Part shown: piece by piece, positions 9,278 through 17,475 of the stretch
Numbering within the stretch: the first letter of the stretch is position 1
Layout of the letters: each line of letters opens with the position of its first letter
Assembly: GCA_046328125.1 (NCBI GenBank)
Contig: JAXLXF010000004.1
Coordinates: 118,280-182,279, forward strand
DNA from: Chloroflexota bacterium
GTDB lineage: Bacteria; Chloroflexota; UBA6077; JACCZL01
DNA: 64,000 nucleotides
Direction: 5' to 3'
Notes under the pieces: generated by a model
The model's input: only the letters and a program-made list of their open reading frames with translations
What the model was told of the DNA's origin: nothing
Database searches by the model: none
Translations under genes and position numbers: made by a program

Positions 9278-10643
9278 CGGCAGGCGGCTGGCGCTTCAGC
9301 AATTGCCCCCGCCCCGGCTTCCCCACCACCTGGCCGTCCTTCGCGATGAGCTCGCCGCGCGAGAACGTCGCGACCGGCCAGCCGGTGACCTCCATCCCCT
9401 CGCACGGCTCGTAGCCGGCTCGTGAGTGCAGCCGCGACTGGCTTACGGTCTCGCGCCGGTTCGGGTCGAACAGCACGATGTCCGCGTCCGAGCCGACCGC
9501 GATGGTGCCCTTGCGGGGATACAGGCCGTGCAGCCGGGCCGGCCCGGTCGACATCGCCTCCACCAGCCGCTGCGCCGAGAGCTTCCCGCCGCCCACGCCC
9601 ACGCCCCACAACGTCGGTAGCTGGGTCTCCAGGGCCGGGATGCCATGCGGAATCTGGCTGAAGTCCTCGGCGCCGACCGATTTCTCGGTCAGGGTCCAGG
9701 CGCAGTGGTCGCTGCCCACCACGTCGATGGTCCCCTCCGCGAGGCCGGCCCAGAGCAGGTCGAGATCGCCGATCTGGCGCAGCGGGGGGCAGCCGCTCAA
9801 GGTCAACGGGTCCACGCCCTCGGCGGTGTAACGGGTCGAGTCCAGCAAGAGGTAGCACGGCCGGACCTCGATCCAGGTCTTCGAGCCACGCGCCTTCGCG
9901 GCTCGCGCCCGCTGGAGGGCCGCGTCGCACGAGATGTGGACGATGCACGCCTGCGCGCCGGTCAGCTCGGCGTAGTCGAGGGCGCGCGAGGTGGCGTCGG
10001 CCTCGCCCAGCTCCGGGCGACTGTCCACGTACCAGCGCGCGGAGCGCCTCCCCTCCGCGAAGAGGCGCTCCTTCTGGTAGTCCAGGACGGCGGCGTTCTC
10101 GGCGTGCACCATCGTCAGGCCGCCGGCCGCCGCGCTGGCCGACATCAACATCAGCAGCTGCTCGTCGGTGATCCGCATCATGAACGCCTTGACGGAGGGA
10201 AAGCCGTCTGCGAGCAGGGCCGGGATCTCGGCGAGCGACCGTTCCGAGAAGTCGGTCACGATGATGTGGAAGCTGTAGTCGATCAACGACTTCGGAGCGG
10301 CGCGCGAGTCCCACTCCCGAATGCCGTCCGAGAGCGACATGCCGGGGAACTGACGGGCGTAGTCGATGATCGTCGTGACGCCGCCACAGGCCGCCGCCTC
10401 GGTGCCGGAGAGGAAGTCGTCGGCGGTGCCGGGGCCGCCGGCCCGGAACTGGGCCTCCAGGTGGGTGTGCGGGTCCACGACGCCGGGCAGCAGGAGCAGG
10501 CCGGTGGCGTCGTGCTCGACCGTCGCGTCGCCGACATCGCCAATCGCGACGACCTGGCCGCCGGCCACGCCGACGTCGGCACGACGAGTCTCGGCGGCAG
10601 TGACGATGGTTCCCCCTCGGATCGCCAGGTCGAGCGGCGGCAT
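9270..10643 (-). CDS. cyclic amidohydrolase (D-hydantoinase/dihydropyrimidinase-like)
   Basis: Motifs present: GVVDPHTHL metal ligands, KAFM (carbamylated Lys), VHAEN and GSDHC. ATG at 10643 lies 6 nt after GGAG. The track ORF starts 2 codons earlier at a GTG. Confidence 0.85.
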   Translation of the reverse strand: MPPLDLAIRGGTIVTAAETRRADVGVAGGQVVAIGDVGDATVEHDATGLLLLPGVVDPHTHLEAQFRAGGPGTADDFLSGTEAAACGGVTTIIDYARQFPGMSLSDGIREWDSRAAPKSLIDYSFHIIVTDFSERSLAEIPALLADGFPSVKAFMMRITDEQLLMLMSASAAAGGLTMVHAENAAVLDYQKERLFAEGRRSARWYVDSRPELGEADATSRALDYAELTGAQACIVHISCDAALQRARAAKARGSKTWIEVRPCYLLLDSTRYTAEGVDPLTLSGCPPLRQIGDLDLLWAGLAEGTIDVVGSDHCAWTLTEKSVGAEDFSQIPHGIPALETQLPTLWGVGVGGGKLSAQRLVEAMSTGPARLHGLYPRKGTIAVGSDADIVLFDPNRRETVSQSRLHSRAGYEPCEGMEVTGWPVATFSRGELIAKDGQVVGKPGRGQLLKRQPPAAR

Positions 10644-10683
10644 GGGCACCTCCAGATCGCGTCGTACTCGGCAGTATCGCTGA

Positions 10684-10793
10684 GAGGAAGCCCCACCCCC
10701 CAGCCCCCTCCCACTGCGGTGGAGAGGGGAGACGGAAACCTGCTCCCCCTCTCCATCGCAATGGGGAGGGGGCTGGGGGGTGGGGCTTCCTCA
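10684..10793. repeat. GC-rich nested palindromic (REP-like) element, family R1, complete copy
   Basis: There are perfect 27-nt inverted arms: ggaagccccaccccccagccccctccc (10686-10712) and gggagggggctggggggtggggcttcc (10764-10790). Between them is an inner imperfect palindrome ggagaggggag...ctccccctctcc. The element lies between two co-oriented genes. Confidence 0.9.
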
Positions 10794-11669
10794 GTACAGG
10801 ATCGACGGGAGGAAGGCGCCCTTCGGCTCGTTGTACAGGCCGATGCTCATCAGCGTGAGCAGCTGCTCCACACGGTATCTCTGCTCCAGGCACCAGCGCA
10901 CCAACGGGCTGCGGGCCGGCACCAGGAAGCCCGGTCCCGCGAAGACCGGCGTGTCGCCGATCAATGCCTTGACGTCGTCGTCCGTTTCGCCCACGGTGTG
11001 CCCAAAGAACGCGACCGCGGTCGAGTAGCCGGTGACCCGCCCGCCGTGCTCCACCAGGGTGGCGGTACCAGCTCGGACGGCGTCCGCCAGCTCGCCGGCT
11101 CGGGTGTGTCCGTGGACGCGCAGGCTGACCGCGTTACAGGCGTCCAGGTCGCGCTCCTGCACCACGCGCGTGGACCGGCCGGGAATCTCGATGCGCTTCG
11201 CCTCGCCCTGGACGCAGGCCAGCGTCTCGCGAACCTGGAACCCCAGCGAGGTGTACAACGAGAACGAGCGCGCGTGATAGCCGGCCTGCACCAGCCGCAC
11301 ACCCGCGAACCGGCGCTCGGCCGCCCGATCCAGCACGCCCTGCATCAGCTGCCGTCCGACGCCTCGATTCTGCGCCGACGGATCGACGGTGATCGGGCCG
11401 ACGCCGGCGATGACGTTCCGCTCGTCCAGGAAGTTGCTCCCGACGACGCGACCGTCCCGCTCGGCGACGAGGCCGTAGAACTGGGGATGCTCGATCAGCA
11501 TCCCGACCACGCCGGTCGCGGCCTCGACGTTCGGAAAGTCGTTCGGGAAGTTGTGCTGTCCGGAGATCGCGCCAAAAGCCTCGAAGCAGATGCGGCCACA
11601 CTCTTGCGCGTCGTCAGAGTGTGGGGGGCGCAGACGGACGCCGGCGGTGGTGGGGACGTGCGCAGCCAT
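10791..11669 (-). CDS. GNAT-family N-acetyltransferase (two-domain, about 290 aa)
   Basis: It has the acetyl-CoA motif ITVDPSAQNRGVGRQLMQ and YTSLGF. ATG at 11669 is preceded by AGGAG at about 10 nt. The upstream ATG at 11711 has no SD sequence. Confidence 0.8.
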   Translation of the reverse strand: MAAHVPTTAGVRLRPPHSDDAQECGRICFEAFGAISGQHNFPNDFPNVEAATGVVGMLIEHPQFYGLVAERDGRVVGSNFLDERNVIAGVGPITVDPSAQNRGVGRQLMQGVLDRAAERRFAGVRLVQAGYHARSFSLYTSLGFQVRETLACVQGEAKRIEIPGRSTRVVQERDLDACNAVSLRVHGHTRAGELADAVRAGTATLVEHGGRVTGYSTAVAFFGHTVGETDDDVKALIGDTPVFAGPGFLVPARSPLVRWCLEQRYRVEQLLTLMSIGLYNEPKGAFLPSILY

Positions 11670-11875
11670 GTGAGGGCGCTCCTGGTACTGAGTCTGTGGG
11701 TGAGAGGGCATGGGTTAACGATAGACGGCGCGCGGACAGGCGGACTGTCCTTTCGGGCACAGCGTGAACGCCGGGTGTCAGGCAGACTGGAAGACGTGCT
11801 CTGAGTCAGACCAGAGGTGCATGCTGAGTGGCGGCTCGAACGCTTGTTCCACCACAATCATCGTATGCGTCCGAG

Positions 11876-12907
11876 ATGCCGGCTTGCGGCGAGCGCGGCG
11901 TGATAGACCCGATCGTCGTGGTGGACGGCCTGGTCAAGCGCTACAAGAGCGCCGACCGCAACGCCGTGGACGGCATCTCGTTCAGCGTCGAGCGCGGCGA
12001 GCTGTTCGCGCTGCTCGGACCGAACGGTGCCGGCAAGACGACCGCGATCTCGGTGCTGACCACGACCCTGGCCCCGACCAGCGGCACGGTCACCATCGCC
12101 GGGCACGATCTGGTTACTGAAGCGGCGGCGGTGCGACGAAGCATCGGGATCGTGTTCCAGCGGGCCAGCCTGGACATGAACCTGACCGCCGAGGAGAACG
12201 TCCGCCTGCACGCGGTGATGTACGGCCTCTTCCCGTTTCGCCCGACCTTCGGGCTGATGCCGAGTGCCTACAAGGAGCAGATCCTCCAGCTCGCCGGCAT
12301 CCTGGGCTTGCAGAACGAGCTGTTCCAGCCGATCAAGACGTACTCGGGCGGGATGCGTCGCAAGCTGGAGATCGTGCGGAGCCTGATCCACCGGCCGCAA
12401 GTCCTGTTCCTGGACGAGCCGACGGTCGGGCTGGACCCAGCCAGTCGGCGGAGCCTCTGGGAGTACCTGCGCCAGGTCCGCGCCGAGACTGCCACGACGA
12501 TCTTTCTGACGACCCACTACCTGGAGGAGGCCGAGGAGGCCGACACGATCTGCATCATCAATCGGGGCAAGATCGTCTCGCTCGGGACGCCGGCCGAGGT
12601 GAAGGCTGAGCTGGTGGAGGAGTACTTGCTGCTGGACGCCGAGGACCGTGGCCAGCTGCGCGCGGAACTGACGGAGAAGGCGATCCCGTTCCAGGAGCTG
12701 CCGCCGTTCAAGGTGCCGCTTGACGGGCGCTCGGCGCAGGCGACCATCAAGGCGATCGACACGCCACTGTCCGTGCTCCAGACCCGAACCCCGAGCCTGG
12801 AAGACGCGTACTTGAGCATCGTGGACGCCCCCTCTCCCGGCCCACAGGAGGTCCCCTCCCCCAGCCCCTCCCCCGTGCGCGGGAGAGGGGAGACGGACAA
12901 CTCATGA
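11876..12907 (+). CDS. ABC transporter ATP-binding protein (ABC-2/DrrA-like) with repeat-derived C-terminal tail
   Basis: Motifs present: Walker A GPNGAGKTT, signature YSGGMRRKL, Walker B LFLDEPTVGLD and H-loop TTHY. The family-typical end is ..TPSLEDAYLSIV. The last 27 codons are encoded by a half copy of repeat R1. The start is ATG 11876 or GTG 11900. Confidence 0.9.
   Translation: MPACGERGVIDPIVVVDGLVKRYKSADRNAVDGISFSVERGELFALLGPNGAGKTTAISVLTTTLAPTSGTVTIAGHDLVTEAAAVRRSIGIVFQRASLDMNLTAEENVRLHAVMYGLFPFRPTFGLMPSAYKEQILQLAGILGLQNELFQPIKTYSGGMRRKLEIVRSLIHRPQVLFLDEPTVGLDPASRRSLWEYLRQVRAETATTIFLTTHYLEEAEEADTICIINRGKIVSLGTPAEVKAELVEEYLLLDAEDRGQLRAELTEKAIPFQELPPFKVPLDGRSAQATIKAIDTPLSVLQTRTPSLEDAYLSIVDAPSPGPQEVPSPSPSPVRGRGETDNS
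12847..12897. repeat. half copy of repeat family R1 embedded in coding sequence
   Basis: gaggtcccctcccccagcccctcccccgtgcgcgggagaggggagacgga aligns by eye at roughly 80 percent with the left half of the 10684-10793 element. Confidence 0.7.
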
Positions 12908-13683
12908 GCGAGCTCAACCCGATCCTCGCCATCGCGTTCCGCGATCTGGTCAAGTTCCTCAGAGATCGGGGGCGGCTGGTCGGCACCTTCGTCTTCCCAT
13001 TCATCTTCATCGGGATTCTGGGCGGCAGCTTCCAGTCCAATATGTCGAGCGATTTCGGCTTCGACTTCATCGCGTTCACGTTCACCGGCGTGTTCGGCCA
13101 GACGCTCTTTCAGTCGGCGGCGAACGGGATCATCTCGCTGATCGACGACCGCGAGACGGACTTCAGCCAGGAGATTTTCGTGGCGCCGATCTCGCGCTAC
13201 TCGATCGTCTTCGGCAAGATCGTGGGCGAGTCGCTGGTGGCGCTGGCGCAGGGGATCGGGATCATGCTGTTCGGCGCGATCGTCGGGGTGCCGATGTCGG
13301 TTGGGCAACTGCTGGCGATGATCCCGGTGGCCGTCATCGCCTGCCTGCTGGGCGGTGCCTTCGGCATCCTGATCCTCTCGAACCTGAGCAGCCGGATGCT
13401 GGCGAACCAGATCTTCCCGTTCATAATGCTGCCGCAGTTCTTCCTGGCCGGCGTCTTCAACCCGATCCGGGTGCTGCCGCTGCCGCTGGAGATTCTCTCG
13501 CTCATTTCGCCGATGCGGTACGCGGTGGACCTGACGCGCGGCATCTTCTACGCCGGCCGCCCGGAGTACGAGAAAGTCGTGCTCCAGTCGCCGCTGGTGA
13601 ACATGGCGATCATCGGCGCGATGTTCGCGGTCTTCCTGGTGGCCGGGACGGTGCTGTTCGTCCGCCGGGAGCAGAACCGGTAG
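12904..13683 (+). CDS. ABC-2 type transporter permease
   Basis: The 259-aa product has 6 predicted TM segments. Its ATG overlaps the ATPase stop (ATGA at 12904-12907). Confidence 0.85.
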   Translation: MSELNPILAIAFRDLVKFLRDRGRLVGTFVFPFIFIGILGGSFQSNMSSDFGFDFIAFTFTGVFGQTLFQSAANGIISLIDDRETDFSQEIFVAPISRYSIVFGKIVGESLVALAQGIGIMLFGAIVGVPMSVGQLLAMIPVAVIACLLGGAFGILILSNLSSRMLANQIFPFIMLPQFFLAGVFNPIRVLPLPLEILSLISPMRYAVDLTRGIFYAGRPEYEKVVLQSPLVNMAIIGAMFAVFLVAGTVLFVRREQNR

Positions 13684-13691
13684 GCGAGCCC

Positions 13692-13766
13692 CGAGCAGAC
13701 GAGCCGTGAGCAGACGAGCCGTGAGCAGACGAGCCAGGAGTCACTGCTCATCACTCGTCTGCTCAC
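13692..13766. repeat. 15-bp tandem repeat (3 units) plus inverted partner. It is hairpin-forming and sits between convergent genes
   Basis: Units: cgagcagacgagcc (13692-13705), gtgagcagacgagcc (13706-13720), gtgagcagacgagcc (13721-13735). The complement tcgtctgctcac follows at 13755-13766. Confidence 0.85.
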
Positions 13767-15562
13767 ACGAGGCGTTCGGATTCGCGCTGGAGGATGCGCC
13801 GCGCGATGGCGACCGTCGAGCCGTACGTCGAGTCGATGCCCTCGAAGGAGAGCCGCCGACTGCCCAGCGTCCGCGCCCGCGTGTACGGCGTGTCTGAGGC
13901 ATAGTGGATGAAGCCCACGTCGAACGGCAGGTCGCGGAAGTGGACCGAGTCGTCCAGCGGGTGCCGCTCCGGGTAGGTCGCCTCGTAGATGGCGCTCAAG
14001 TACGGCCCGGCCTCCATCTCCACGATGGTGTAGGCGTCGCGGTAGAACAGCTCCAAATACTCGCGGTTCTGGAGGAAGGTGCCACGGACTGTGACGGCCT
14101 TCTGTCGATCCAGCGCCGCTCCACGCTCCAGCCAGGGCGCCACCTCGTCGTAGCCGAATGCGTTGGCGAACGAGTAGACGTTGCCAGTGTGCTCGTCGAA
14201 CACCTCGTCGGCGAACATCACGTCGCCGACCGCGCCGTTGAGGGTGGCCGCCTTTCCGAGCACGTAGAACCCGCGCAGATCGACCAGCGCCTCCGCGACC
14301 TGATGCCCGATGTAGTAGGCCGCCATCCCGAGCGGGTAGTCGATGTTCAGGATGACGGCGTCGGTCTTGCCGATCACGCCGGCCAGCTCCTCCAACCGGG
14401 GATCGAGGTCTTCGGGCCGCACCTTGCACAGATCGACCACCTGGGCGATCACGTCGAAGCCGCTGGTGGGGCGGATCGTGGTGATGCCGCGATCGGCCTC
14501 CTCGTCGGCGCGCTGGATCTTGAGGCGCTCGTCGCTGTTGGCGGCGTGCCACAGCCTGGCGGCGTAGTAGAGCACGTTCTCGGGGTTGGAGTAGTTCTTG
14601 GCCCGCCGCAACGCCTCGATCTCGGCGGCGGCGGCGCCGTCGCGGGTCGATTCGAGGAAGCGCCACAACGTCTCGGCCCGGCGGCGGACGTACCCCGAGC
14701 ACAGGTTCACGATGCTGTGCGGGTTGGAAGAGACGAAGTAGACCGGTCTCTCCAGCAGGCCGTGATCCGCCAGGTAAGCGCCGATCGGCTGCCACCAGCG
14801 GTCCACCAGCCGCGCGTAGCCGACGTGGGTGCCGCCGAGCATCCGGACCCGGACGTCCTTTGGGCCGGCCGCGATAGCCTGGAGGGTTGACCAGAGCTGG
14901 CCGCCCCAGATGCGCCGCAGCCGCTCCCAGTCCTCGACCGGGAGATGCAGCCGCTCCCCGAGCGCGGCCCACTCGCGGTCCTCGTCTGGCGGTGACTCGC
15001 GCGTCAGCAGCGCGGCGACGTCCGGCTGCGATTCGATCACCTGATGGAGCTTGTTCCACTCCAACTGGTACGCCACCATCGTCGGGATGACGTCGTCAAG
15101 GTCGGAGGTCGAGGCGATGGCGACGGCGAGGGTCGCCGCGCCGTCCCAGTGCCACTCGCGGCGGCGGCCCGGCGCCGAAACCTGCTGCCAGCCTTCGATG
15201 CCGCCGTCGATAGCCGAGGCAAGCTGCTCTGGCAACTGCCCGAGCACGACCCGGTCCACCGAGGCGATGCAGGACGGCAGGCGCTGGACGGCGTAGATGA
15301 AGGCGCCGGCGTCCGGCTCGTCGGAGAGCGCGCCGGGATGGAGGCTGGATCCGACGCCCTGGTGGGCCGCCTCGAAGGCCCGGACCGGCACGTCGCCGTG
15401 GGTCCGCAAGATCGTCGTGTAGGTGCGGACGTACAGGTTGATGGCGTCGCGCCCGATGATCTGGTCCATCTCGACGTCGTGCGCCGCCTGCCCGATCCGC
15501 CCAGACGATGCTCCGGCCAGGCGGGTGGCCCGCGCCAGTCGCCGATCGTCCCCCAGCCTCAT
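13763..15562 (-). CDS. uncharacterised 599-aa protein with C-terminal nucleoside phosphorylase/AMP-nucleosidase-like (PNP_UDP_1 fold) domain
   Basis: The C-terminal half contains ILNIDYPLGMAAY, VLGKAATLNGAVGDVM, TVRGTFLQNRE and IVEMEAGPY, which resemble the phosphorylase-I fold. I do not recognise the N-terminal ~330 aa. GGGAGGA lies 8 nt upstream of the ATG at 15562. Confidence 0.6.
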   Translation of the reverse strand: MRLGDDRRLARATRLAGASSGRIGQAAHDVEMDQIIGRDAINLYVRTYTTILRTHGDVPVRAFEAAHQGVGSSLHPGALSDEPDAGAFIYAVQRLPSCIASVDRVVLGQLPEQLASAIDGGIEGWQQVSAPGRRREWHWDGAATLAVAIASTSDLDDVIPTMVAYQLEWNKLHQVIESQPDVAALLTRESPPDEDREWAALGERLHLPVEDWERLRRIWGGQLWSTLQAIAAGPKDVRVRMLGGTHVGYARLVDRWWQPIGAYLADHGLLERPVYFVSSNPHSIVNLCSGYVRRRAETLWRFLESTRDGAAAAEIEALRRAKNYSNPENVLYYAARLWHAANSDERLKIQRADEEADRGITTIRPTSGFDVIAQVVDLCKVRPEDLDPRLEELAGVIGKTDAVILNIDYPLGMAAYYIGHQVAEALVDLRGFYVLGKAATLNGAVGDVMFADEVFDEHTGNVYSFANAFGYDEVAPWLERGAALDRQKAVTVRGTFLQNREYLELFYRDAYTIVEMEAGPYLSAIYEATYPERHPLDDSVHFRDLPFDVGFIHYASDTPYTRARTLGSRRLSFEGIDSTYGSTVAIARRILQRESERLV

Positions 15563-15651
15563 CTCGCCTATCCTCCCGATTCGATCCCGCTCTGGGAAGG
15601 TTCACCCCCAACTCCCTCCGCCGTCCGTGTGCGTGAGTGAGGGGAGGCTTC

Positions 15652-15824
15652 CACTGTCATCCTGAGATCGACCATGCGCCTCGGCGCACCAACCCTGATG
15701 AAAATGCCCGTTTACCAGGGTTTTGTGTGATCGACGGGCTATTTTCACGAGAGCTTGCGAAGGATCTCACAGCCTGTCGCCGCTCGTCTGGGTGAGATGC
15801 TTCGCTGCGCTCAGCATGACAGTG
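15652..15824. repeat. composite palindromic repeat, family R2, copy A: REP-like unit interrupted by an 87-nt insert, then a spacer and an inverted unit
   Basis: The left unit is cactgtcatcctgag[87 nt, 15667-15753]cttgcgaaggatctcac. The inverted unit gtgagatgcttcgctgcgctcagcatgacagtg lies at 15792-15824. The insert has 1 mismatch in 87 nt against 60620-60706. Confidence 0.9.
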
Positions 15825-17458
15825 TTACTCTCCTCTGCTGTCCACCGCAGTGGGGAGGATGTCGGCGCAGCCGACATCCGCGCCGCGCAGTGGCTGGGGG
15901 TGGGGCTGCCCGCCGCTCGTGCCAGCAGCCGCACGCCCTCGACGATCCTCGCCTCGTCCAGCGCCGCGTACCCGAGCATCAGCCCTGGTCTTCTGACCGC
16001 TCCGAGATAGTATGGGTCAAGCGCGGGCGCCGCGACCCCCAGCGCCGCCGCCGTGGCTGAGAGTGCCGCCGCGTCCGTGCCCGTCGGCAGCCAGCCGACT
16101 AGATGCAGACCGGCCCCGTCGCCACCAGGGGTCATCACGTCGCCCAGGTGGGTCTGGAGCGCGTCCAGCAGGGTGTCGCGGCGAGCCTGGTACAGCCGCC
16201 GCATCCGCCGAAGGTGTCGCTCGAAGTGGCCTTCGGTGATGAAGTCGGAGAGCACTTGCTGGTCGAGGGTGGCGGTCTGACGGTCAGCCAGCCACTTGGC
16301 CGCGACGAACGGCTGCACGAGCTGCGGCGGCAGCACCACGAAGCCGACCCGCAGCGGCGGGAACAACGCCTTTGAGAAGCTGCCGACGTACGCTACGACG
16401 CCGTGGGTATCCAACCCCTGCAACGACTCCAGCGGCCGGCCGGAGTAGCGGAAGTCGGAGTCGTAGTCGTCCTCCACGATCAGTGCACCGCGCCGGGCGG
16501 CCCACTCTAGCAGGCGCAGGCGGCGGGGCAGGCTCATCGTGGCGCCGGTCGGGAACTGGTGCGAGGGCGTCACGTAGACCAGCCTCGGAGCGAGCGGATC
16601 GTCCGGGGACGGCAGCGCGGCCACGTCCAGGCCATCCTCGTCCACCGGCACGCCGCCGACCGTCATGCCGTGGGCGCGCAACGCCAGGGCCGCGCCGGCG
16701 TAGCCGGGGTCCTCCAGAGCGGCACGGTCTCCAGGGTCCAGGAACAGGCGGATCAGCAGGTCGGTGCCCTGCTGCGAGCCGTTGACCACCACGACCTGCT
16801 CGGCGGTGCAGCGAACGCCGCGTGTCTGCCCGAGGTGGGCGGCCACGGCCTCGCGGAGGGGACGGTAGCCGGCCGGGTCGCCGTACGAGGCGAGCTCCTC
16901 GGAGCGCTCGCGGACCTGGCGGCCGGTCAGCTTGGCCCAGATCTGGCGCGGGAACGTGTCCCAGTCCGGCCGTCCAGGCCGGAAGTCGTACGGAAGCGAG
17001 CCGTACCGCTCGGCGACGCGGCCGTCCGCGCCCCAGACCAGCTGATGGACGTCTGCCATCCGCTCGCCCCACACCGAGAGCGCACGGCTAGCGTCCCGCT
17101 CGGCGCTCGGGTCCGGGCTGGCGTCGAAGGGTGCGTCGGGGCGGGCGCGGCTCGGCGACGGCGCGACCAGCTTCGGGCGGCGCGCAGCTATCAGCGCCTC
17201 GTCCGGGATCTGGCGCGAGACGAAGGTGCCGGCCCCCTGTCGCGCTTCCGCGTACCCCTCCGCCACGAGCTGGTCGTAGACCACCACGACGGTCGTCCGC
17301 GAGACCGCCAGTTGGACGGCGAGCGTCCTGGATGGCGGCAGGCGCTCGCCCGGCCGGAGCCTGCGCGCCAGGATGTCGTCGCGGAGGCGCGTGTACAGCT
17401 GCTGCTGGAGGGAGAGCGAGCCGTGCTCGTCCAGCGGGATCGTCAAGGCGGTCGCCAT
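15767..17458 (-). CDS. pdxR: MocR-family (GntR HTH + aminotransferase-like) regulator PdxR
   Basis: Starting at MATALTIPLDEHG it has a GntR wHTH (LPPSRTLAVQLAVSRTTV) and a fold-type I domain (GYRPLREAVA, YVTPSHQFPTG, SFSKALFPPLRVG with the PLP Lys). It is divergent from pdxS. The N-terminal 305 aa of the track ORF 15767-18373 are antisense to pdxS and were discarded. The start coordinate is taken from the ORF track, because my hand count near 17455-17460 differed by 1 nt. Confidence 0.85.
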   Translation of the reverse strand: MATALTIPLDEHGSLSLQQQLYTRLRDDILARRLRPGERLPPSRTLAVQLAVSRTTVVVVYDQLVAEGYAEARQGAGTFVSRQIPDEALIAARRPKLVAPSPSRARPDAPFDASPDPSAERDASRALSVWGERMADVHQLVWGADGRVAERYGSLPYDFRPGRPDWDTFPRQIWAKLTGRQVRERSEELASYGDPAGYRPLREAVAAHLGQTRGVRCTAEQVVVVNGSQQGTDLLIRLFLDPGDRAALEDPGYAGAALALRAHGMTVGGVPVDEDGLDVAALPSPDDPLAPRLVYVTPSHQFPTGATMSLPRRLRLLEWAARRGALIVEDDYDSDFRYSGRPLESLQGLDTHGVVAYVGSFSKALFPPLRVGFVVLPPQLVQPFVAAKWLADRQTATLDQQVLSDFITEGHFERHLRRMRRLYQARRDTLLDALQTHLGDVMTPGGDGAGLHLVGWLPTGTDAAALSATAAALGVAAPALDPYYLGAVRRPGLMLGYAALDEARIVEGVRLLARAAGSPTPSHCAARMSAAPTSSPLRWTAEESNTVMLSAAKHLTQTSGDRL

Positions 17459-17475
17459 CGGGCCTCCGCGAAATG

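Noticed and set aside
9274-11804. 539-aa - ORF (9274-10893) and 719-aa + ORF (9645-11804) spanning the hydantoinase and GNAT genes
   Set aside because: Both have extreme Arg/Pro/Gly composition and run through the R1 palindrome. The alternative frames carry unambiguous amidohydrolase and GNAT motifs.
13692-13735. Tandem repeats at 13692, 23605 and 62871 considered as a CRISPR array
   Set aside because: The units are 7-35 bp and directly abutting, with no unique spacers. No cas genes are in the window.
15691-15753. Hammerhead-ribozyme-like CUGAUGA box inside the 87-nt insert
   Set aside because: No GAAA box or stem III with a UH cleavage site can be placed. Copy B has CUAAUGA, which mutates the essential G. 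I therefore report the insert only as an unclassified pseudoknotted element.
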